Source of the DNA: an uncultured Campylobacterales bacterium
Lineage (GTDB): Bacteria; Campylobacterota; Campylobacteria; Campylobacterales; QNZT01
Direction of reading: 5' to 3'
Assembly (NCBI GenBank): GCA_964443745.1
Contig: CAYUEN010000001.1
Location: forward strand, 905 to 64,904
DNA: 64,000 nucleotides
This document shows, in pieces, positions 8,434 to 20,089 of the stretch. Both the position numbers and the translations under genes were made by a program. The notes beneath the pieces were generated by a model. The model was given only the letters and a program-made list of their open reading frames with translations, searched no databases and was not told where the DNA came from. Position 1 is the stretch's first letter, and each line of letters starts with the position of its first letter.

Positions 8434-10038
8434 ATGCAAGAAGGGGAACTTAAGATGATTAGTGCAGAAGATTTGAAAGCGATGGGGCTCAAAGACGTCA
8501 AGCATGTCTACTACAACTCCAGCTACGACGAACTTCACAGACACGAAGTGGAGCAAGACAAAGAGCGCGTCGCGGACAGTGGAACGGTTATGGTCGATAC
8601 GGGCATTTTCACCGGCCGAAGTCCGAAAGACAAATATTTCGTCGACCAAGAGCCTTCCAACAAATACATCGCCTGGGGGGATATCAACCAGCCGATCAAA
8701 AAAGAGATCTTCGATGCACTGTTTGAAAAGGTCAAAAAGCAGCTCTCCGGGAAGGAGATCTATGTTCAGGATGTCTTTGCGGGAGCGAGTGAAACGAGCC
8801 GCAAAAGAATCAGGGTCGTGACGGAGATCGCCTGGCAGGCCCACTTCGTCAAAAATATGTTTATCCGCCCGACGGCGGAGGAGTTGGAAGGGTTTAAGCC
8901 CGATTTCATCCTCTACGACGCCTGCAAAGTGGTGGATGACCAATGGCGCGAACATGGACTCAATTCCGAAGTCTTCGTCGTTTTCAATATTGAGGAGAAT
9001 GTCGCGATTATCGGCGGTACATGGTATGGCGGAGAGATCAAGAAGGGAATCTTCACGATGATGAACTACTGGCTTCCCCTCGAAGGTAAACTCTCCATGC
9101 ACTGCTCCGCGAACATGGGAGAGAAGGGAGATACCGCCCTCTTTTTCGGTCTTTCCGGTACGGGCAAGACCACACTCTCGGCGGATCCGAAACGCCGCCT
9201 CATCGGAGACGACGAACATGGATGGGACGATGAGGGAATTTTCAACTTCGAAGGCGGTTGTTATGCCAAATGTATCGGTCTGGATGCGAAGAAAGAGCCC
9301 GAAATCTTCGGGGCGATCAAACGCGATGCGCTGCTCGAGAACGTCGTGGCGGACGAAAGCGGCAGAGTCGACTTCAACGACGCCAGCAAAACGGAAAATA
9401 CCCGTGTCTCCTATCCGATCTACCATATCCCCAACTTCGTCCCTTCCTTAAGGGGCGATCATCCCAAAAACATTCTCTTTTTGAGTGCGGACGCTTTCGG
9501 GGTGCTTCCTCCCGTCAGCAAGCTTACCAAAGAGCAGGCGATGTACTATTTCCTGAGCGGATATACGGCCAAAGTCGCCGGTACGGAGCGAGGCATCACC
9601 GAGCCGGTCGCGACTTTCAGTGCATGTTTTGGGGAGGCGTTTTTGCCGCTGCATCCGACCGTCTACGCCAAACTGCTGGGCGAAAAAATCACCGAGCACA
9701 ACGTCAATGTCTATCTGGTCAACACCGGCTGGACCGGCGGCGCCTACGGAGTGGGGGAGAGAATGAGCCTGAAAGATACTAGAGCCTGTGTCAACGCGAT
9801 TTTGGACGGCAGTATTCTCGAAAGCGATTTTGACGTGACCGATACGTTCGGTCTGCATTTTCCCACGTCGCTTCCGGGTGTGGATGCGAAGATCCTCAAT
9901 CCCAAAAATGCGTGGGAGGACAAAGAGGCGTATGTGAAAACACGAGACCATCTGGCCGGACTCTTCATCGAAAATTTCAAAAAATATCTCAAAGAGGATG
10001 CGGAATTCGACTACTCTCTCGCCGGTCCCCAGCTTTGA
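8434..10038 (+). CDS. pckA: Phosphoenolpyruvate carboxykinase (ATP)
   Basis: 534 aa with kinase-1a motif [11 protein letters not shown] and a typical PckA length. An alternative start at ATG 8455 is preceded by GGGGA. Confidence 0.95.
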   Translation: MQEGELKMISAEDLKAMGLKDVKHVYYNSSYDELHRHEVEQDKERVADSGTVMVDTGIFTGRSPKDKYFVDQEPSNKYIAWGDINQPIKKEIFDALFEKVKKQLSGKEIYVQDVFAGASETSRKRIRVVTEIAWQAHFVKNMFIRPTAEELEGFKPDFILYDACKVVDDQWREHGLNSEVFVVFNIEENVAIIGGTWYGGEIKKGIFTMMNYWLPLEGKLSMHCSANMGEKGDTALFFGLSGTGKTTLSADPKRRLIGDDEHGWDDEGIFNFEGGCYAKCIGLDAKKEPEIFGAIKRDALLENVVADESGRVDFNDASKTENTRVSYPIYHIPNFVPSLRGDHPKNILFLSADAFGVLPPVSKLTKEQAMYYFLSGYTAKVAGTERGITEPVATFSACFGEAFLPLHPTVYAKLLGEKITEHNVNVYLVNTGWTGGAYGVGERMSLKDTRACVNAILDGSILESDFDVTDTFGLHFPTSLPGVDAKILNPKNAWEDKEAYVKTRDHLAGLFIENFKKYLKEDAEFDYSLAGPQL

Positions 10039-10044
10039 TTTTCC

Positions 10045-10071
10045 GGGAGGGCGCCGTATGGGTGCGCTCCC
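10045..10071 (+). terminator. Hairpin after pckA
   Basis: GGGAGGGCGCC-GTATG-GGTGCGCTCCC (one mismatch, one GU), followed by TTGCCTT. Confidence 0.4.
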
Positions 10072-10134
10072 TTGCCTTAACCTCTTTTGGCTACAATTAA
10101 CCATACGATACATATAGAAAGCGGGAGTATTCAT

Positions 10135-11535
10135 ATGGCAAAACTTGCTTCGGGACGGGTTCAAGCCGAAAGTGCCGAGTTGCTCGATCTTTTCAACGCC
10201 TCTTTACCGTTCGACCGTCGGCTCTATCATGAAGATATAGAGGGGTCGATCGCCCATGCGACGATGCTGGCGCAGCAAGGGATTCTCAGCGAGCGGGAGC
10301 TTGAGGCGATCAAAAAGGGGCTTAGGCAGATCGAAAATGAGATTGCGGAAGGGAAATTCCGTTTCGATATCGCCGACGAGGATATCCATATGGCGATCGA
10401 GAAACGGTTGACGGAATTGATCGGCGATGCGGGAAAGAAGCTCCATACCGCCAGGAGCCGCAACGATCAGGTCGCGCTGGATTTCAGACTCTACGTCCAA
10501 AGACACACCAAAAAACTATACCGGCTGCTTTTGGATCTACAAAAAGCGCTACTCAAACAGGCTTCGAACCATACGGAGACGATGCTTCCGGGTATGACCC
10601 ATCTACAGCATGCCCAGCCGGTCAATTTCGCCTACCATCTGTTGGCGTACGTGAGTATGTTCGGTCGCGATATGGAGCGGCTCAGGGACAACTACAGACG
10701 AAACGACTACTCCCCGATCGGCTGTGCCGCACTGGCGGGCACACCCCATCCGATCGACCGGGAGACGACGGCCAAGCTGCTCGGATTCTCCGCACCTACA
10801 ATCAACTGCATGGATACCGTCAGCGACCGCGATTTCGCACTCGATTTGCTTTACGCGATCAGTGTGATCATGATGCACATCTCCAGGCTCTCCGAAGAGT
10901 TGGTGCTCTGGTCGAGCAGCGAATTCGGTTTCGTGACGCTCAGTGATGCCTATTCGACCAGCAGTTCGATCATGCCGCAGAAGAAGAACCCGGACGTACC
11001 CGAACTGCTCAGAGGCAAGACGGGACGCACCTACGGCAATCTCGTTTCACTGTTGACCGTTTTGAAAGGGTTGCCGCTGGCTTACAACAAAGATATGCAA
11101 GAAGACAAGGAGGGGGTTTTCGATAGTGTCGAGACGGCCGAAATCTCTCTGGAGATTCTCAGGGAGGTGATCGCCACGATGCGTGTCGAGACGGAACGGA
11201 TGGCCCGCGCTTGCCGACAGGGCCATTTGAGTGCGACAGATCTGGCGGATTATCTGGTCCAAAAAGAGGGAATGGCGTTTCGGGACGCCTACAAGCTCAC
11301 CGGTATGATCGTCGTCGCCGCGGAGGCGAAAGGGGTCGATCTTTCACAGATGGGATTGGAGGATCTGCGGGAGATCGTGCCGGATATCGCCGAGGAGGTG
11401 ATGGATTATATCGATCTCAAACACTCGATGAACGCCAGAGATTCCGCAGGAGGCACTTCGACGCGAACGACGCGCGAACAGCTGGCGTATTTCGAACAAT
11501 GGCTAAAACAAGCGGAGGATTTCGCGAATGCGTAA
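10135..11535 (+). CDS. argH: Argininosuccinate lyase
   Basis: Lies in ORF 10087..11535. The Met at 10135 (MAKLASGRV) is preceded by GCGGGAG. Fumarate-lyase signature [11 protein letters not shown]. 466 aa. Confidence 0.95.
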   Translation: MAKLASGRVQAESAELLDLFNASLPFDRRLYHEDIEGSIAHATMLAQQGILSERELEAIKKGLRQIENEIAEGKFRFDIADEDIHMAIEKRLTELIGDAGKKLHTARSRNDQVALDFRLYVQRHTKKLYRLLLDLQKALLKQASNHTETMLPGMTHLQHAQPVNFAYHLLAYVSMFGRDMERLRDNYRRNDYSPIGCAALAGTPHPIDRETTAKLLGFSAPTINCMDTVSDRDFALDLLYAISVIMMHISRLSEELVLWSSSEFGFVTLSDAYSTSSSIMPQKKNPDVPELLRGKTGRTYGNLVSLLTVLKGLPLAYNKDMQEDKEGVFDSVETAEISLEILREVIATMRVETERMARACRQGHLSATDLADYLVQKEGMAFRDAYKLTGMIVVAAEAKGVDLSQMGLEDLREIVPDIAEEVMDYIDLKHSMNARDSAGGTSTRTTREQLAYFEQWLKQAEDFANA

Positions 11536-12154
11536 CATATACGGAAACGGACTTTGGATCGTCGCTCTTATGACGGTCGCCTTTTTGCACGGATGCGGCG
11601 GCAGCGACCTGCTCGATCGAATCGATGGCGGACAAAATGGCGGCTCCGACTACGGCGGAAACGAGATTCCAAGCGGTACACTGGCGGCCCGCATCGTCGA
11701 GGCGCACAACCGCTATCGAAGCGAGCTGAATCAACAGATCCCCGATCTGGAGTGGAGCGATACGATCGCACACGATGCGAAACATTATGCCGACATTTTG
11801 GCCGCAAGCGGCGAATTCGAACACGATCCGGACAATGTAGACGGCTATTCGAACGGTCCTTATGGAGAGAATCTCTATGCGATCAGTCGTTCGGACGATC
11901 CGGAGCAAACGCTACTGGATGCGGTCGAAGCGTGGGGAGCGGAGAAGGCGTACTACCATTACGGTGTGGTGGGAGATCCCGATACGTGCGATACGGGTGA
12001 GCAGTGCGGCCACTATACGCAGATCATCTGGAAAGAGACCCGAAAAGTGGGGTGTGCGATCGCGCAATATACCCGCGGCGATTTTCAAGGCGGATACGTG
12101 GTCGTCTGCAAATACGCTCCTCCCGGCAACGTGATCACACAAGCCCCCTATTGA
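11528..12154 (+). CDS. CAP/SCP/PR-1 superfamily lipoprotein
   Basis: 208 aa with lipobox LHG|C. CAP-domain segments [30 protein letters not shown] and [10 protein letters not shown]. The start overlaps the argH stop by 8 nt. Confidence 0.8.
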   Translation: MRNIYGNGLWIVALMTVAFLHGCGGSDLLDRIDGGQNGGSDYGGNEIPSGTLAARIVEAHNRYRSELNQQIPDLEWSDTIAHDAKHYADILAASGEFEHDPDNVDGYSNGPYGENLYAISRSDDPEQTLLDAVEAWGAEKAYYHYGVVGDPDTCDTGEQCGHYTQIIWKETRKVGCAIAQYTRGDFQGGYVVVCKYAPPGNVITQAPY

Positions 12155-12169
12155 TCGCCGAAGAGGGGG

Positions 12170-12196
12170 AGCGATTTTTGCCTATATCGCTTTTTT
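12170..12196 (+). terminator. Hairpin plus T6 tract after the CAP-protein gene (overlaps the 3' end of the convergent HIT gene)
   Basis: AGCGAT-N10-ATCGCT followed by TTTTTT. Flanked by the outer inverted repeat TCGCCGAAGAGG / CCTCTTCCGGCGA. Confidence 0.45.
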
Positions 12197-12538
12197 CGCC
12201 TCTTCCGGCGAGAAGTGGGGCCAGGTGAGCCTGGTGCCGCCCAACAGATGGAAATGAAGATGATAAATCTCCTGTCCTCCGTCGCGTCCGTTGTTGACGA
12301 TCAGCCGGTAGCCGTTTTCGTCCAGATCCAGCTTTTTCGCGACCTCCTGGATAAAGGGGGTCATTTCGGCCATCAGTTCGCCCGTGACGTCCTGAAACTT
12401 CTCCACATGGACTTTGGGGATGATCAGCAGGTGGATCGGTGCGCGCGGATTGATATCATGAAAAGCGAGAAACGCGTCGTTTTCCAGTAGTTTGTTCGCC
12501 GGAACCTCTCCGCTGGCGATTTTGCAAAAAAGACACAT
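12182..12538 (-). CDS. HIT-family (histidine triad) nucleotide hydrolase
   Basis: Lies in ORF 12182..12577. The Met at 12538 gives MCLFCKIASGE, a typical HIT N-terminus. Triad HLHFHLLGG. Confidence 0.9.
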   Translation of the reverse strand: MCLFCKIASGEVPANKLLENDAFLAFHDINPRAPIHLLIIPKVHVEKFQDVTGELMAEMTPFIQEVAKKLDLDENGYRLIVNNGRDGGQEIYHLHFHLLGGTRLTWPHFSPEEAKKAI

Positions 12539-12618
12539 ACACGATCCTTTGGGGTTGGAATACCCTATTTTAATCAACTTTGTATTAAAATCCGACCATA
12601 TTCAGCAGAGGACATACC

Positions 12619-13611
12619 GTGAACCAATACGAAGAACGTATCAAAAACGCGACGTCTCTGAAGGAGCTCGAAGAGATCCGGATCGAGATATTCGGCAAGA
12701 GAGGGATGCTTGCTGCTCAGTTTGCGAAGATGAAAGAGATCCCGGACGAAGAGAAGAAGGCGTTCGCCCAGCGACTGAACCGAACCAAACAGCATCTTAC
12801 GGAGCTTTTCGAGGGCAAAAAGATGTTGTTGGAGCAGGAGGCGATTCGCGAGAGCATGCAAAAAGAGGCGATCGACGTCTCCCTCTACAACGGACTCGAG
12901 CGTTCCGGTGCGCTCCATCCCGTGATGGAGACGATGGAGCGGATCATCGACTACTTCGTCGCGATGAATTTCTCGGTCGAAGAGGGGCCGTATGTCGAAG
13001 ACGACTTTCACAATTTCGAAGCGCTCAACCTTCCCAAATACCATCCCGCCCGCGATATGCAGGATACTTTCTATTTCGAAGACGGCATGTTGTTGCGTAC
13101 CCACACCTCTCCGGTACAGATCCGTACGATGCAGCGCAGCAAACCGCCGATTCGCATGATCAGTCCCGGCAGTGTTTTCCGTCGCGATTTCGACTTGACC
13201 CATACGCCGATGTTCCATCAGGTGGAGGGGCTTGTCGTCGAAGAGGAGGGGAGGGTGAGTTTTGCCAATCTCAAGTTTATCCTCGAAGATTTTTTGCGCT
13301 ATATGTTCGGCGATGTGGCGGTACGGTTCCGTCCGAGTTTCTTTCCGTTTACCGAACCGAGCACCGAGGTCGATATCAGCTGTATCTTCTGCGAGGGGAA
13401 GGGGTGCCGGGTCTGTTCGCATACCGGATGGTTGGAGGTGCTTGGATCCGGAATGGTCGACCCCAACGTTTTCGCGGCGGTGGGATACGAAAAGGTGAGC
13501 GGATATGCGTTCGGTCTGGGGGTGGAGCGTTTCGCGATGCTGATTCACAGAATTCCGGATCTGCGGTCGCTTTTCGAGGGAGATTTACGACTACTGGAGC
13601 AATTTAGATGA
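12619..13611 (+). CDS. pheS: Phenylalanine--tRNA ligase alpha subunit
   Basis: 330 aa with class II aaRS motifs ([31 protein letters not shown]). GTG start. Confidence 0.95.
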   Translation: MNQYEERIKNATSLKELEEIRIEIFGKRGMLAAQFAKMKEIPDEEKKAFAQRLNRTKQHLTELFEGKKMLLEQEAIRESMQKEAIDVSLYNGLERSGALHPVMETMERIIDYFVAMNFSVEEGPYVEDDFHNFEALNLPKYHPARDMQDTFYFEDGMLLRTHTSPVQIRTMQRSKPPIRMISPGSVFRRDFDLTHTPMFHQVEGLVVEEEGRVSFANLKFILEDFLRYMFGDVAVRFRPSFFPFTEPSTEVDISCIFCEGKGCRVCSHTGWLEVLGSGMVDPNVFAAVGYEKVSGYAFGLGVERFAMLIHRIPDLRSLFEGDLRLLEQFR

Positions 13612-15935
13612 TAGTGACACGTGCATGGCTGAACGAATGGATCGATCTGGAGGGAATTTCGACAGAGAGACTCTGCGAAACCCTCAATGCGATCGGTCTG
13701 GAGGTGGATCGTCTCGAAAAGATACGTATCCCGCAAAAGGTGGTCGTGGGAGAGGTTCTGGAGTGCAGGAGACATCCGGATGCGGACAAGCTGAGCGTCT
13801 GTCTGGTCGATATCGGGAGCGAAACGCTGCAGATCGTCTGCGGTGCGAAAAACGTGGCGGCGGGGCAGTGGGTGCCTGTTGCCACGATCGGCGCGGTGCT
13901 CGGAGAGAGTTTCGAGATCAAAAAAGCCAAACTAAGAGGCGTCGAATCCAGCGGGATGATCTGCGCTTCGACGGAGATCGGACTGCCGAAGATCGAAGAG
14001 GGAATCATGCTTTTGGACGAGAGCGTGGGGAAGCTGGAGAAGGGGATGCCGCTCGCTTCGCTTTCGCTACTGAACGACGATCTGATCGATATCGAGCTGA
14101 CCGCCAACCGGGGTGATTGCCTGAGTATACGCGGGGTCGCCAGGGATCTTGGTGCCGCGCTTAATCTGCCGCTGAAAGAGAAACCTCCCGTTTTCGAGGC
14201 GGATCGTCGCGGGGTCGCCAGGGTTCTCGCGCTGGAGGTGGTGCCGCCCTACGAAGCGGCGCTGCAGTATCGCTTCGCGGAGACGGCGGGTATTCGAAGC
14301 GATGCGCTGGAGAGATTCAGACTCGCGCTGATCGATATGCTTACATCCGTTCCCCTCCAAAATCTCCTCAACTACGTGATACACGAAAGCGGGATATTGC
14401 TGCGGGCCTACGATTTCGATCTGCTGCAACGCTCCGAGAGGGAGCCGGTGAAGCTTCTCGCCAAAGAGGAGAAGCATAAGCTCGAAGCGATTTTTACCGA
14501 GGAGGGGGAGATGCTCTCCGTGGTGGGAGTGATGCAAACCGATCGTGCATGTGTGAGCGCACAGACAAAACGCGCGATTTTGGAAGCGGCCTACATCGAT
14601 CCCGATCTGCTCGCATCGAAAAAGATGGGAGCGAACGTCGAAAGCGACGCGCTCTACTACCGTGCCTCCCGCGGAAGCGAACCGGAGTTGGAGACGGGGT
14701 TGGATCTGCTGGGCACCTTGATCGCCGCCAAAGGGGGGTCGATCTATCGCGGCAGCCAGAACCACTCTCCCAAAAGCGAACCCAGACGGCTCGATATCTC
14801 CTACGCCTTTATCGACACCTTTATCGGGATGGCGGTTTCACCCACACTGGTCGTCACGATACTCAAACGGCTGGGATTTGGTGTCAGAAGCGAAGGAGAG
14901 CGGCTGATTCTGGAAGTGCCGCGCTATCGCCATGATATTCGTAATCGCCAGGATATCGTCGAAGAGATCGTCCGGATCGTCGGTATCGACAATATCGACG
15001 CCAAACCGCTTCGATTCGTCGAAAAGCGGCGGCTCAATGCCGTTACCGATCGGATCGAAAAGCGAAGGAGATATCGTCAAAAAGCAGCAGCCATCGGATT
15101 TTTCGAATCCGTACACTACTTTTTCGAACAGCGCTCCATGCTGGAAAAATATGGATTTCCACTCCTTTCGAAAACGAAAGAGTTGCGCAATCCCATCACG
15201 AGCGAACTCGACACGCTTCGCACGACGCTGCTGTTGCACCTGATGCGTTCGGCCGCCGGAAACATCAAAAACGGCTACCGGAGCGTGGCGCTTTTCGAGC
15301 TGGGACGTGTGGTCGAAAGCGGGAGAAAGGAGCGGGAAAAGATGGCGTTCATCTTCAGCGGGGAGGCGCAATCTCCGTCGGTGCGAAACCACGGCAAACC
15401 TCCTATGATCGATTTTCTGACGTTCGCCGAGCGTATCGGAAAAGTGGTGGGGGAGATACGCCTGGAGCCCGGAGAGAGCGAGCTTGGGTTGATCAATCCC
15501 TACGAGTACGCCGAGGTTTCGATCCAAGAGCGAGTTGCGGGATTTATCGCGAGGCTTCATCCGGAGGCGGAAAAGGCGTTCGGTCTGCCCAAAAGCTATA
15601 TCTGCGAGCTCGATTTTGATCAGTTGCCCTCAAAAAGGGTGGAAGTGAAATCCTACTCCCGCTATCCGGCACTTACGCGCGATCTTTCGCTGATGATCCC
15701 CGATACGCTCCCCTATGCGAGGATACGGGAGTTTCTGGAGCGTAACAGGCCGCCACTGCTCACGCAATTCTATCCGATCGACAGGTTCGAAGACCCCACA
15801 TTCGGAAACCGATACAACCTGACGTTGCGCTGTCGGCTCCAGTCGAACGAGAAGACGCTGGAGGAGGAGGAGATCAACGCGGTGATGGAGAAGATTCTCG
15901 AAGGGCTCGCATCTTTGGGGGTGACGTTGCGATGA
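13608..15935 (+). CDS. pheT: Phenylalanine--tRNA ligase beta subunit
   Basis: 775 aa with an N-terminal tRNA-binding OB fold ([24 protein letters not shown]). 4-nt overlap with pheS. Confidence 0.95.
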   Translation: MIVTRAWLNEWIDLEGISTERLCETLNAIGLEVDRLEKIRIPQKVVVGEVLECRRHPDADKLSVCLVDIGSETLQIVCGAKNVAAGQWVPVATIGAVLGESFEIKKAKLRGVESSGMICASTEIGLPKIEEGIMLLDESVGKLEKGMPLASLSLLNDDLIDIELTANRGDCLSIRGVARDLGAALNLPLKEKPPVFEADRRGVARVLALEVVPPYEAALQYRFAETAGIRSDALERFRLALIDMLTSVPLQNLLNYVIHESGILLRAYDFDLLQRSEREPVKLLAKEEKHKLEAIFTEEGEMLSVVGVMQTDRACVSAQTKRAILEAAYIDPDLLASKKMGANVESDALYYRASRGSEPELETGLDLLGTLIAAKGGSIYRGSQNHSPKSEPRRLDISYAFIDTFIGMAVSPTLVVTILKRLGFGVRSEGERLILEVPRYRHDIRNRQDIVEEIVRIVGIDNIDAKPLRFVEKRRLNAVTDRIEKRRRYRQKAAAIGFFESVHYFFEQRSMLEKYGFPLLSKTKELRNPITSELDTLRTTLLLHLMRSAAGNIKNGYRSVALFELGRVVESGRKEREKMAFIFSGEAQSPSVRNHGKPPMIDFLTFAERIGKVVGEIRLEPGESELGLINPYEYAEVSIQERVAGFIARLHPEAEKAFGLPKSYICELDFDQLPSKRVEVKSYSRYPALTRDLSLMIPDTLPYARIREFLERNRPPLLTQFYPIDRFEDPTFGNRYNLTLRCRLQSNEKTLEEEEINAVMEKILEGLASLGVTLR

Positions 15936-17221
15936 GCCGCCTTGTCGTCCACAAAGCGAAAGCTCCGTTTGAGATCGCAATCGATTCGATCGCCAGCGAC
16001 AAATCGATCTCTCACCGCTGCGCGATCTTTGCGTTGCTGAGCGACAAACCCAGCCGTATCGTCGGGTACCTGCAGGCGGAAGATACCCTTCATACGCTGA
16101 AGATCGTTCAACTCCTCGGCGCGAAAGTGCGAAAGCGAGATGACGAGCTTACGATCACGCCCCCCGAAAAGATCGTCGAACCCCCTTCGATTCTCGATTG
16201 CGGAAACTCCGGTACGGCGATTCGTCTTTTGATGGGATTTCTCTCCTCGTGCGAAGGTTTTTTCGTTTTGCATGGGGACAAATACCTTGCATCGCGCCCG
16301 ATGCGACGTGTCGCCGATCCCCTGCGCCGTATCGGTGCGAAAATCGACGGAAGAGAGGAGGGGAATCTCGCTCCGATTTCGGTAAGAGGAGGCGGCGTGC
16401 GGGGATTTCGCTACGAAAGTCCCATCGCCTCCGCCCAGGTCAAGAGTGCGCTGATTCTGGCCGCGCTCAAAGCCAATGAAGTGTCGTGGTACAAAGAGCC
16501 GGCGTTGAGCCGGGATCACAGCGAACGGATGCTAAAAGGCATGGGGGCGCGGATCGTGGAGGATGGAGAGTGGATAGGGATCCACCCTCTTCAAAGTCCG
16601 CTCAAACCGCTCGATTTGCAGGTTCCGGCCGATCCCTCCAGCGGATTTTTCTTTGCGGTGGCCGCCGCGATCGTGCCGGGAGCGAAAGTGGTACTCAAGA
16701 ACGTTTCGCTCAATCCCACCCGTATCGAAGCGTATCGCATACTGCAAAAGATGGGAGCGAAGGTCACTTTCGTGGAAAAGGAGAATCGCTACGAGCCCAT
16801 CGGCGATATCGTCGTTTCGCATCACAGGCTGACGGGTGTGGTCGTCGAGGAGCGTATCGCATGGCTGATCGACGAACTGCCCGCCCTCGCGATCGCGATG
16901 GCATACGCTAAAGGTGAAAGCGTCGTAAAGAACGCCGAGGAGTTGAGGGTGAAAGAGAGTGATCGTATCGATGCGGTCGTGACGAATCTGCAAAAATGCG
17001 GTATCGTGTGCGAAGCCTTCGAGGACGGCTATCGAATCGTCGGTGGAAAGATGCACGAAGCGACGATCGACAGCTTCGGCGACCATCGAATCGCGATGAG
17101 TTTCGCCATCGCGGGGCTCGTAACGGGGATGGTGATCGAAGATACCGACTGTATCGGGACCTCTTTTCCCAATTTTACGGAGATTTTGGAGAGGATGAGC
17201 GAGGTGGAACATGGAGATTAG
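15932..17221 (+). CDS. aroA: 3-phosphoshikimate 1-carboxyvinyltransferase (EPSP synthase)
   Basis: 429 aa with signatures [13 protein letters not shown] and RVKESDRI. Confidence 0.95.
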   Translation: MSRLVVHKAKAPFEIAIDSIASDKSISHRCAIFALLSDKPSRIVGYLQAEDTLHTLKIVQLLGAKVRKRDDELTITPPEKIVEPPSILDCGNSGTAIRLLMGFLSSCEGFFVLHGDKYLASRPMRRVADPLRRIGAKIDGREEGNLAPISVRGGGVRGFRYESPIASAQVKSALILAALKANEVSWYKEPALSRDHSERMLKGMGARIVEDGEWIGIHPLQSPLKPLDLQVPADPSSGFFFAVAAAIVPGAKVVLKNVSLNPTRIEAYRILQKMGAKVTFVEKENRYEPIGDIVVSHHRLTGVVVEERIAWLIDELPALAIAMAYAKGESVVKNAEELRVKESDRIDAVVTNLQKCGIVCEAFEDGYRIVGGKMHEATIDSFGDHRIAMSFAIAGLVTGMVIEDTDCIGTSFPNFTEILERMSEVEHGD

Positions 17222-18041
17222 ACTGGCGAGAAAATACGGATTTTGTTTCGGTGTGAAACGGGCGATCGAAATAGCGGAAAACTCCAAAAACGCGACGACG
17301 ATCGGCCCTTTGATCCACAACAACGAAGAGATCAACCGCTTGAAGGAGAATTTCAACGTCGTCACCGCGCACGATATTTCGGAGTTGGAAGGCGTCAAAA
17401 AGGCGATCATCCGAACGCACGGAATCGTCAAGGAGGATCTGGAGAAGTTAAGACGCACCGATATGGAGATCATCGACGCGACCTGCCCTTTCGTGACCAA
17501 ACCGCAGCAGATCGTCGAAAAGATGAGCAAAGAGGGATATCAGATCGTGATTTTCGGAGACATCAAGCATCCGGAAGTGCAGGGGGTGATGAGTTATGCG
17601 GTCAACAAACCCATCGTGGTGATCAGCGTCGAAGAGTTGGAGAAGGTGTTGATTTCACCGCGGGTGGCCGTCGTCTCGCAGACGACCCGAAAGATGCAGG
17701 AGTTTCAGAAAATCGTGAATTTTCTAATCGCCAGGGCGAACGAAGTGCGTGTCTTCAATACGATCTGCAACGCCACCTTCGAAAATCAAGATGCCGCCAG
17801 GGAGTTGTCGAAAGAGTCGGACGTGATGATCGTCATCGGCGGCAAAAACTCCTCCAACACCAAGCAGCTTCTTTCCATCGCCTCCGAACACTGCAAAGAG
17901 AGCTACCTGATCGAAAACGAAAAAGAGCTCGAAAAGGAGTGGTTTGAAGGCAAAAAGGTGTGCGGGGTCACTGCTGGCGCTTCGACACCTGATTGGATCA
18001 TCGAGAAGATCATTTCCAAAATAAGAGAAATTACTGTATAA
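17211..18041 (+). CDS. ispH: 4-hydroxy-3-methylbut-2-enyl diphosphate reductase
   Basis: 276 aa with three cluster Cys in context (GFCFGV, DATCPFV, NTICNAT) and the SSNT motif. Confidence 0.95.
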   Translation: MEIRLARKYGFCFGVKRAIEIAENSKNATTIGPLIHNNEEINRLKENFNVVTAHDISELEGVKKAIIRTHGIVKEDLEKLRRTDMEIIDATCPFVTKPQQIVEKMSKEGYQIVIFGDIKHPEVQGVMSYAVNKPIVVISVEELEKVLISPRVAVVSQTTRKMQEFQKIVNFLIARANEVRVFNTICNATFENQDAARELSKESDVMIVIGGKNSSNTKQLLSIASEHCKESYLIENEKELEKEWFEGKKVCGVTAGASTPDWIIEKIISKIREITV

Positions 18042-18042
18042 T
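18037..18042 (+). promoter_or_regulatory. Putative -10 box (TATAAT) for rpsA, overlapping the ispH stop
   Basis: TGTATAAT at 18035-18042, about 49 nt upstream of ATG 18091. Confidence 0.35.
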
Positions 18043-18090
18043 GGCCCAAATCTCAAATGGCCTGGCCAAAAAATATCGAAAAGGAAGAGA

Positions 18091-19788
18091 ATGTTAAATG
18101 AGGCGAACTTTAAAGTTCAGAGCAAAGAAGCCATCGAGTCGATGGATTTAGGAGAAGAAGAGGATTTTGCCGCGATGTTCGAAGCGTCGCTCAAGGAAGA
18201 AAAGGGCGGCAGTATCGTAGAGGGAACGATCGTAGCGATCAAAGAGGACGAAGATACCGTATTGTTGGATGTCGGAAAGAAGCAGGAGGGTGTTTTGCGA
18301 AAGTCCGAGATCGAAGATGAAAACGGCAATCTCCTCTTCAACGTCGGGGATAAAATCACCGTCGCGATCACCGGCTATCGAAACGAGCGTCCAATGCTCT
18401 CCTACAAAAAGGCGTTGCGTGCCCAGAAGGTGGAAGAATTCATCAAAAACTACAACCCGGAAGGAGAGGAGATCACGATCGAGGGGACGATCATCGGCAA
18501 GAACAAGGGAGGATATATCGTCGAAGGGAGCGACGGTGTGGAGTTTTTCCTTCCCAAATCCCAGGCCTATCTGAAAGAGTCGAAATCTTTGATCGGGAAA
18601 AAGATCAAAGCGAAAGTGATCAAAGTCGATCCACAGAGCAAATCGATCGTCATCTCGAGAAAGAGGCTGATCGAAGAGGAGAGAGAGCAGAAAAAAGCGA
18701 TCATAGATCAGATGCTCGAGAGTGGCGAAGTACGCAGGGGCGTAATCAAGAAAATCACCAGCTACGGTATGTTCGTCGACGTAGGCGGAGTGGACGGGTT
18801 GGTCCACTACAGCGAAATCAGCTACAAAGGTCCCGTCAATCCCGCCAAACTCTACGAAGAGGGTGAAGAGGTCGAGGTGAAGGCGATCAGTTACGACGAA
18901 GCCAAACGTCATCTTTCACTCTCCGTCAAAGCCGCGATGGAAGATCCGTGGGAGACACTCAAGGATCAACTCGAAGTGGGCGATACCGTCAAAGTCGTCG
19001 TCAGCAACATCGAACCCTATGGTGCGTTCGTCGATCTGGGGAACGATGTGGAGGGCTTTTTGCATGTTTCGGAGATTTCATGGGACAAGAACATCAAACA
19101 TCCCAAAGACTATCTCGAAGTCGATCAGGAGATCGACGTGGAGATCGTCGAAATCGATTTCGAAAAGCGGAAGCTGCGTGTGAGTCTGAAACAGAATCTT
19201 CCCAAACCGTTCGACGAATTTGTCAGAAAATATAAGGTGGGTGATGTCGTCAAGGGTGTGGTGACGACCGTCACCAATTTCGGTGCGTTCGTTAAAATCG
19301 ATGGCGTCGAAGGGTTGCTTCACAACGAAGACGCCTCCTGGAACCGCAACGAAAAGTGCAGGGATCTTTTCAAGGTTGGCGACGAAGTGGAAGTGAAAAT
19401 CGTCAAGATCGACCGAGAGAAGGAGAAGATCTCCTTGAGCAGAAAAGAGCTCGAAGAGAGCCCGATCGAAAAGTTCGCGAAGACGCACAAAGCGGGCGAC
19501 ATCGTCAAAGCGAAAGTGCGTGACGTGAAGGAATTCGGTGTATTCGTCGAACTGGAAGAGGGTGTCGACGCCCTGATCAGACATGAAGATCTGGGGAATC
19601 TCAACGCCGACGAGCTCGAGAAAGATCAGGAGATCGAAGCGGCGATCGCCTTTATCGATACGGACAAGAACCGTATTCGACTCTCCGTCAAAAAATTGGC
19701 ACGTATCAAAGAGAAGGAAGCGCTCAAAGAATACAGCAACGATGAACCGACCACTCTCGGGGATATCCTGAAAGATCAACTGAAATAG
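18091..19788 (+). CDS. rpsA: 30S ribosomal protein S1
   Basis: 565 aa with six S1 repeats, each containing G.V....YGAFV/FGAFV-type cores. Confidence 0.95.
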   Translation: MLNEANFKVQSKEAIESMDLGEEEDFAAMFEASLKEEKGGSIVEGTIVAIKEDEDTVLLDVGKKQEGVLRKSEIEDENGNLLFNVGDKITVAITGYRNERPMLSYKKALRAQKVEEFIKNYNPEGEEITIEGTIIGKNKGGYIVEGSDGVEFFLPKSQAYLKESKSLIGKKIKAKVIKVDPQSKSIVISRKRLIEEEREQKKAIIDQMLESGEVRRGVIKKITSYGMFVDVGGVDGLVHYSEISYKGPVNPAKLYEEGEEVEVKAISYDEAKRHLSLSVKAAMEDPWETLKDQLEVGDTVKVVVSNIEPYGAFVDLGNDVEGFLHVSEISWDKNIKHPKDYLEVDQEIDVEIVEIDFEKRKLRVSLKQNLPKPFDEFVRKYKVGDVVKGVVTTVTNFGAFVKIDGVEGLLHNEDASWNRNEKCRDLFKVGDEVEVKIVKIDREKEKISLSRKELEESPIEKFAKTHKAGDIVKAKVRDVKEFGVFVELEEGVDALIRHEDLGNLNADELEKDQEIEAAIAFIDTDKNRIRLSVKKLARIKEKEALKEYSNDEPTTLGDILKDQLK

Positions 19789-19798
19789 CGGAGTGGCA

Positions 19799-20074
19799 AT
19801 GCCAAAGACCATTCTCTATTTGGTATTTGCCATCCTCTCCAGTGTCGTCGCCATTTTATTGATCGTCGTCTATCGATACGCGACGACACCTCTTCCCGTC
19901 TCCAGCGCTGCCTCCTACGCTTCAGCGATGGAACAGAATGTCGATATTTCCATAGATGTCTTGATCGATGACTTCCAGTTCGAATCGGAAGGGTGGAGTG
20001 GCAGACTCATTAATCGGGAGCGGCTTCAGACATATTTCTATCCCGTCAGGGAATTTCAGATCAGACTCAACTAA
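19799..20074 (+). CDS. Hypothetical small membrane-anchored protein
   Basis: Lies in ORF 19793..20074. ATG 19799 is preceded by GGAG at a 5-nt spacing. N-terminal TM ILYLVFAILSSVVAILLIVVY. No recognisable family. Confidence 0.45.
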   Translation: MPKTILYLVFAILSSVVAILLIVVYRYATTPLPVSSAASYASAMEQNVDISIDVLIDDFQFESEGWSGRLINRERLQTYFYPVREFQIRLN

Positions 20075-20089
20075 AAAACAGGGGTATAA

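Noticed and set aside
8104-9426. 440-aa ORF on the minus strand, antisense to the end of oadB and most of pckA
   Set aside because: It lies entirely within well-supported sense genes. Its translation is rich in D/R/F/H/G/V with no recognisable motifs. It looks like a shadow ORF that arises because the sense genes avoid TTA/CTA/TCA codons, so the antisense frame lacks stops.
12492-13607. 371-aa Arg/Gly-rich ORF in an alternative plus-strand frame over pheS
   Set aside because: It is out of frame with a clearly conserved pheS. The composition (R, G, A, P runs) is typical of an off-frame reading of a GC-rich third-position gene.
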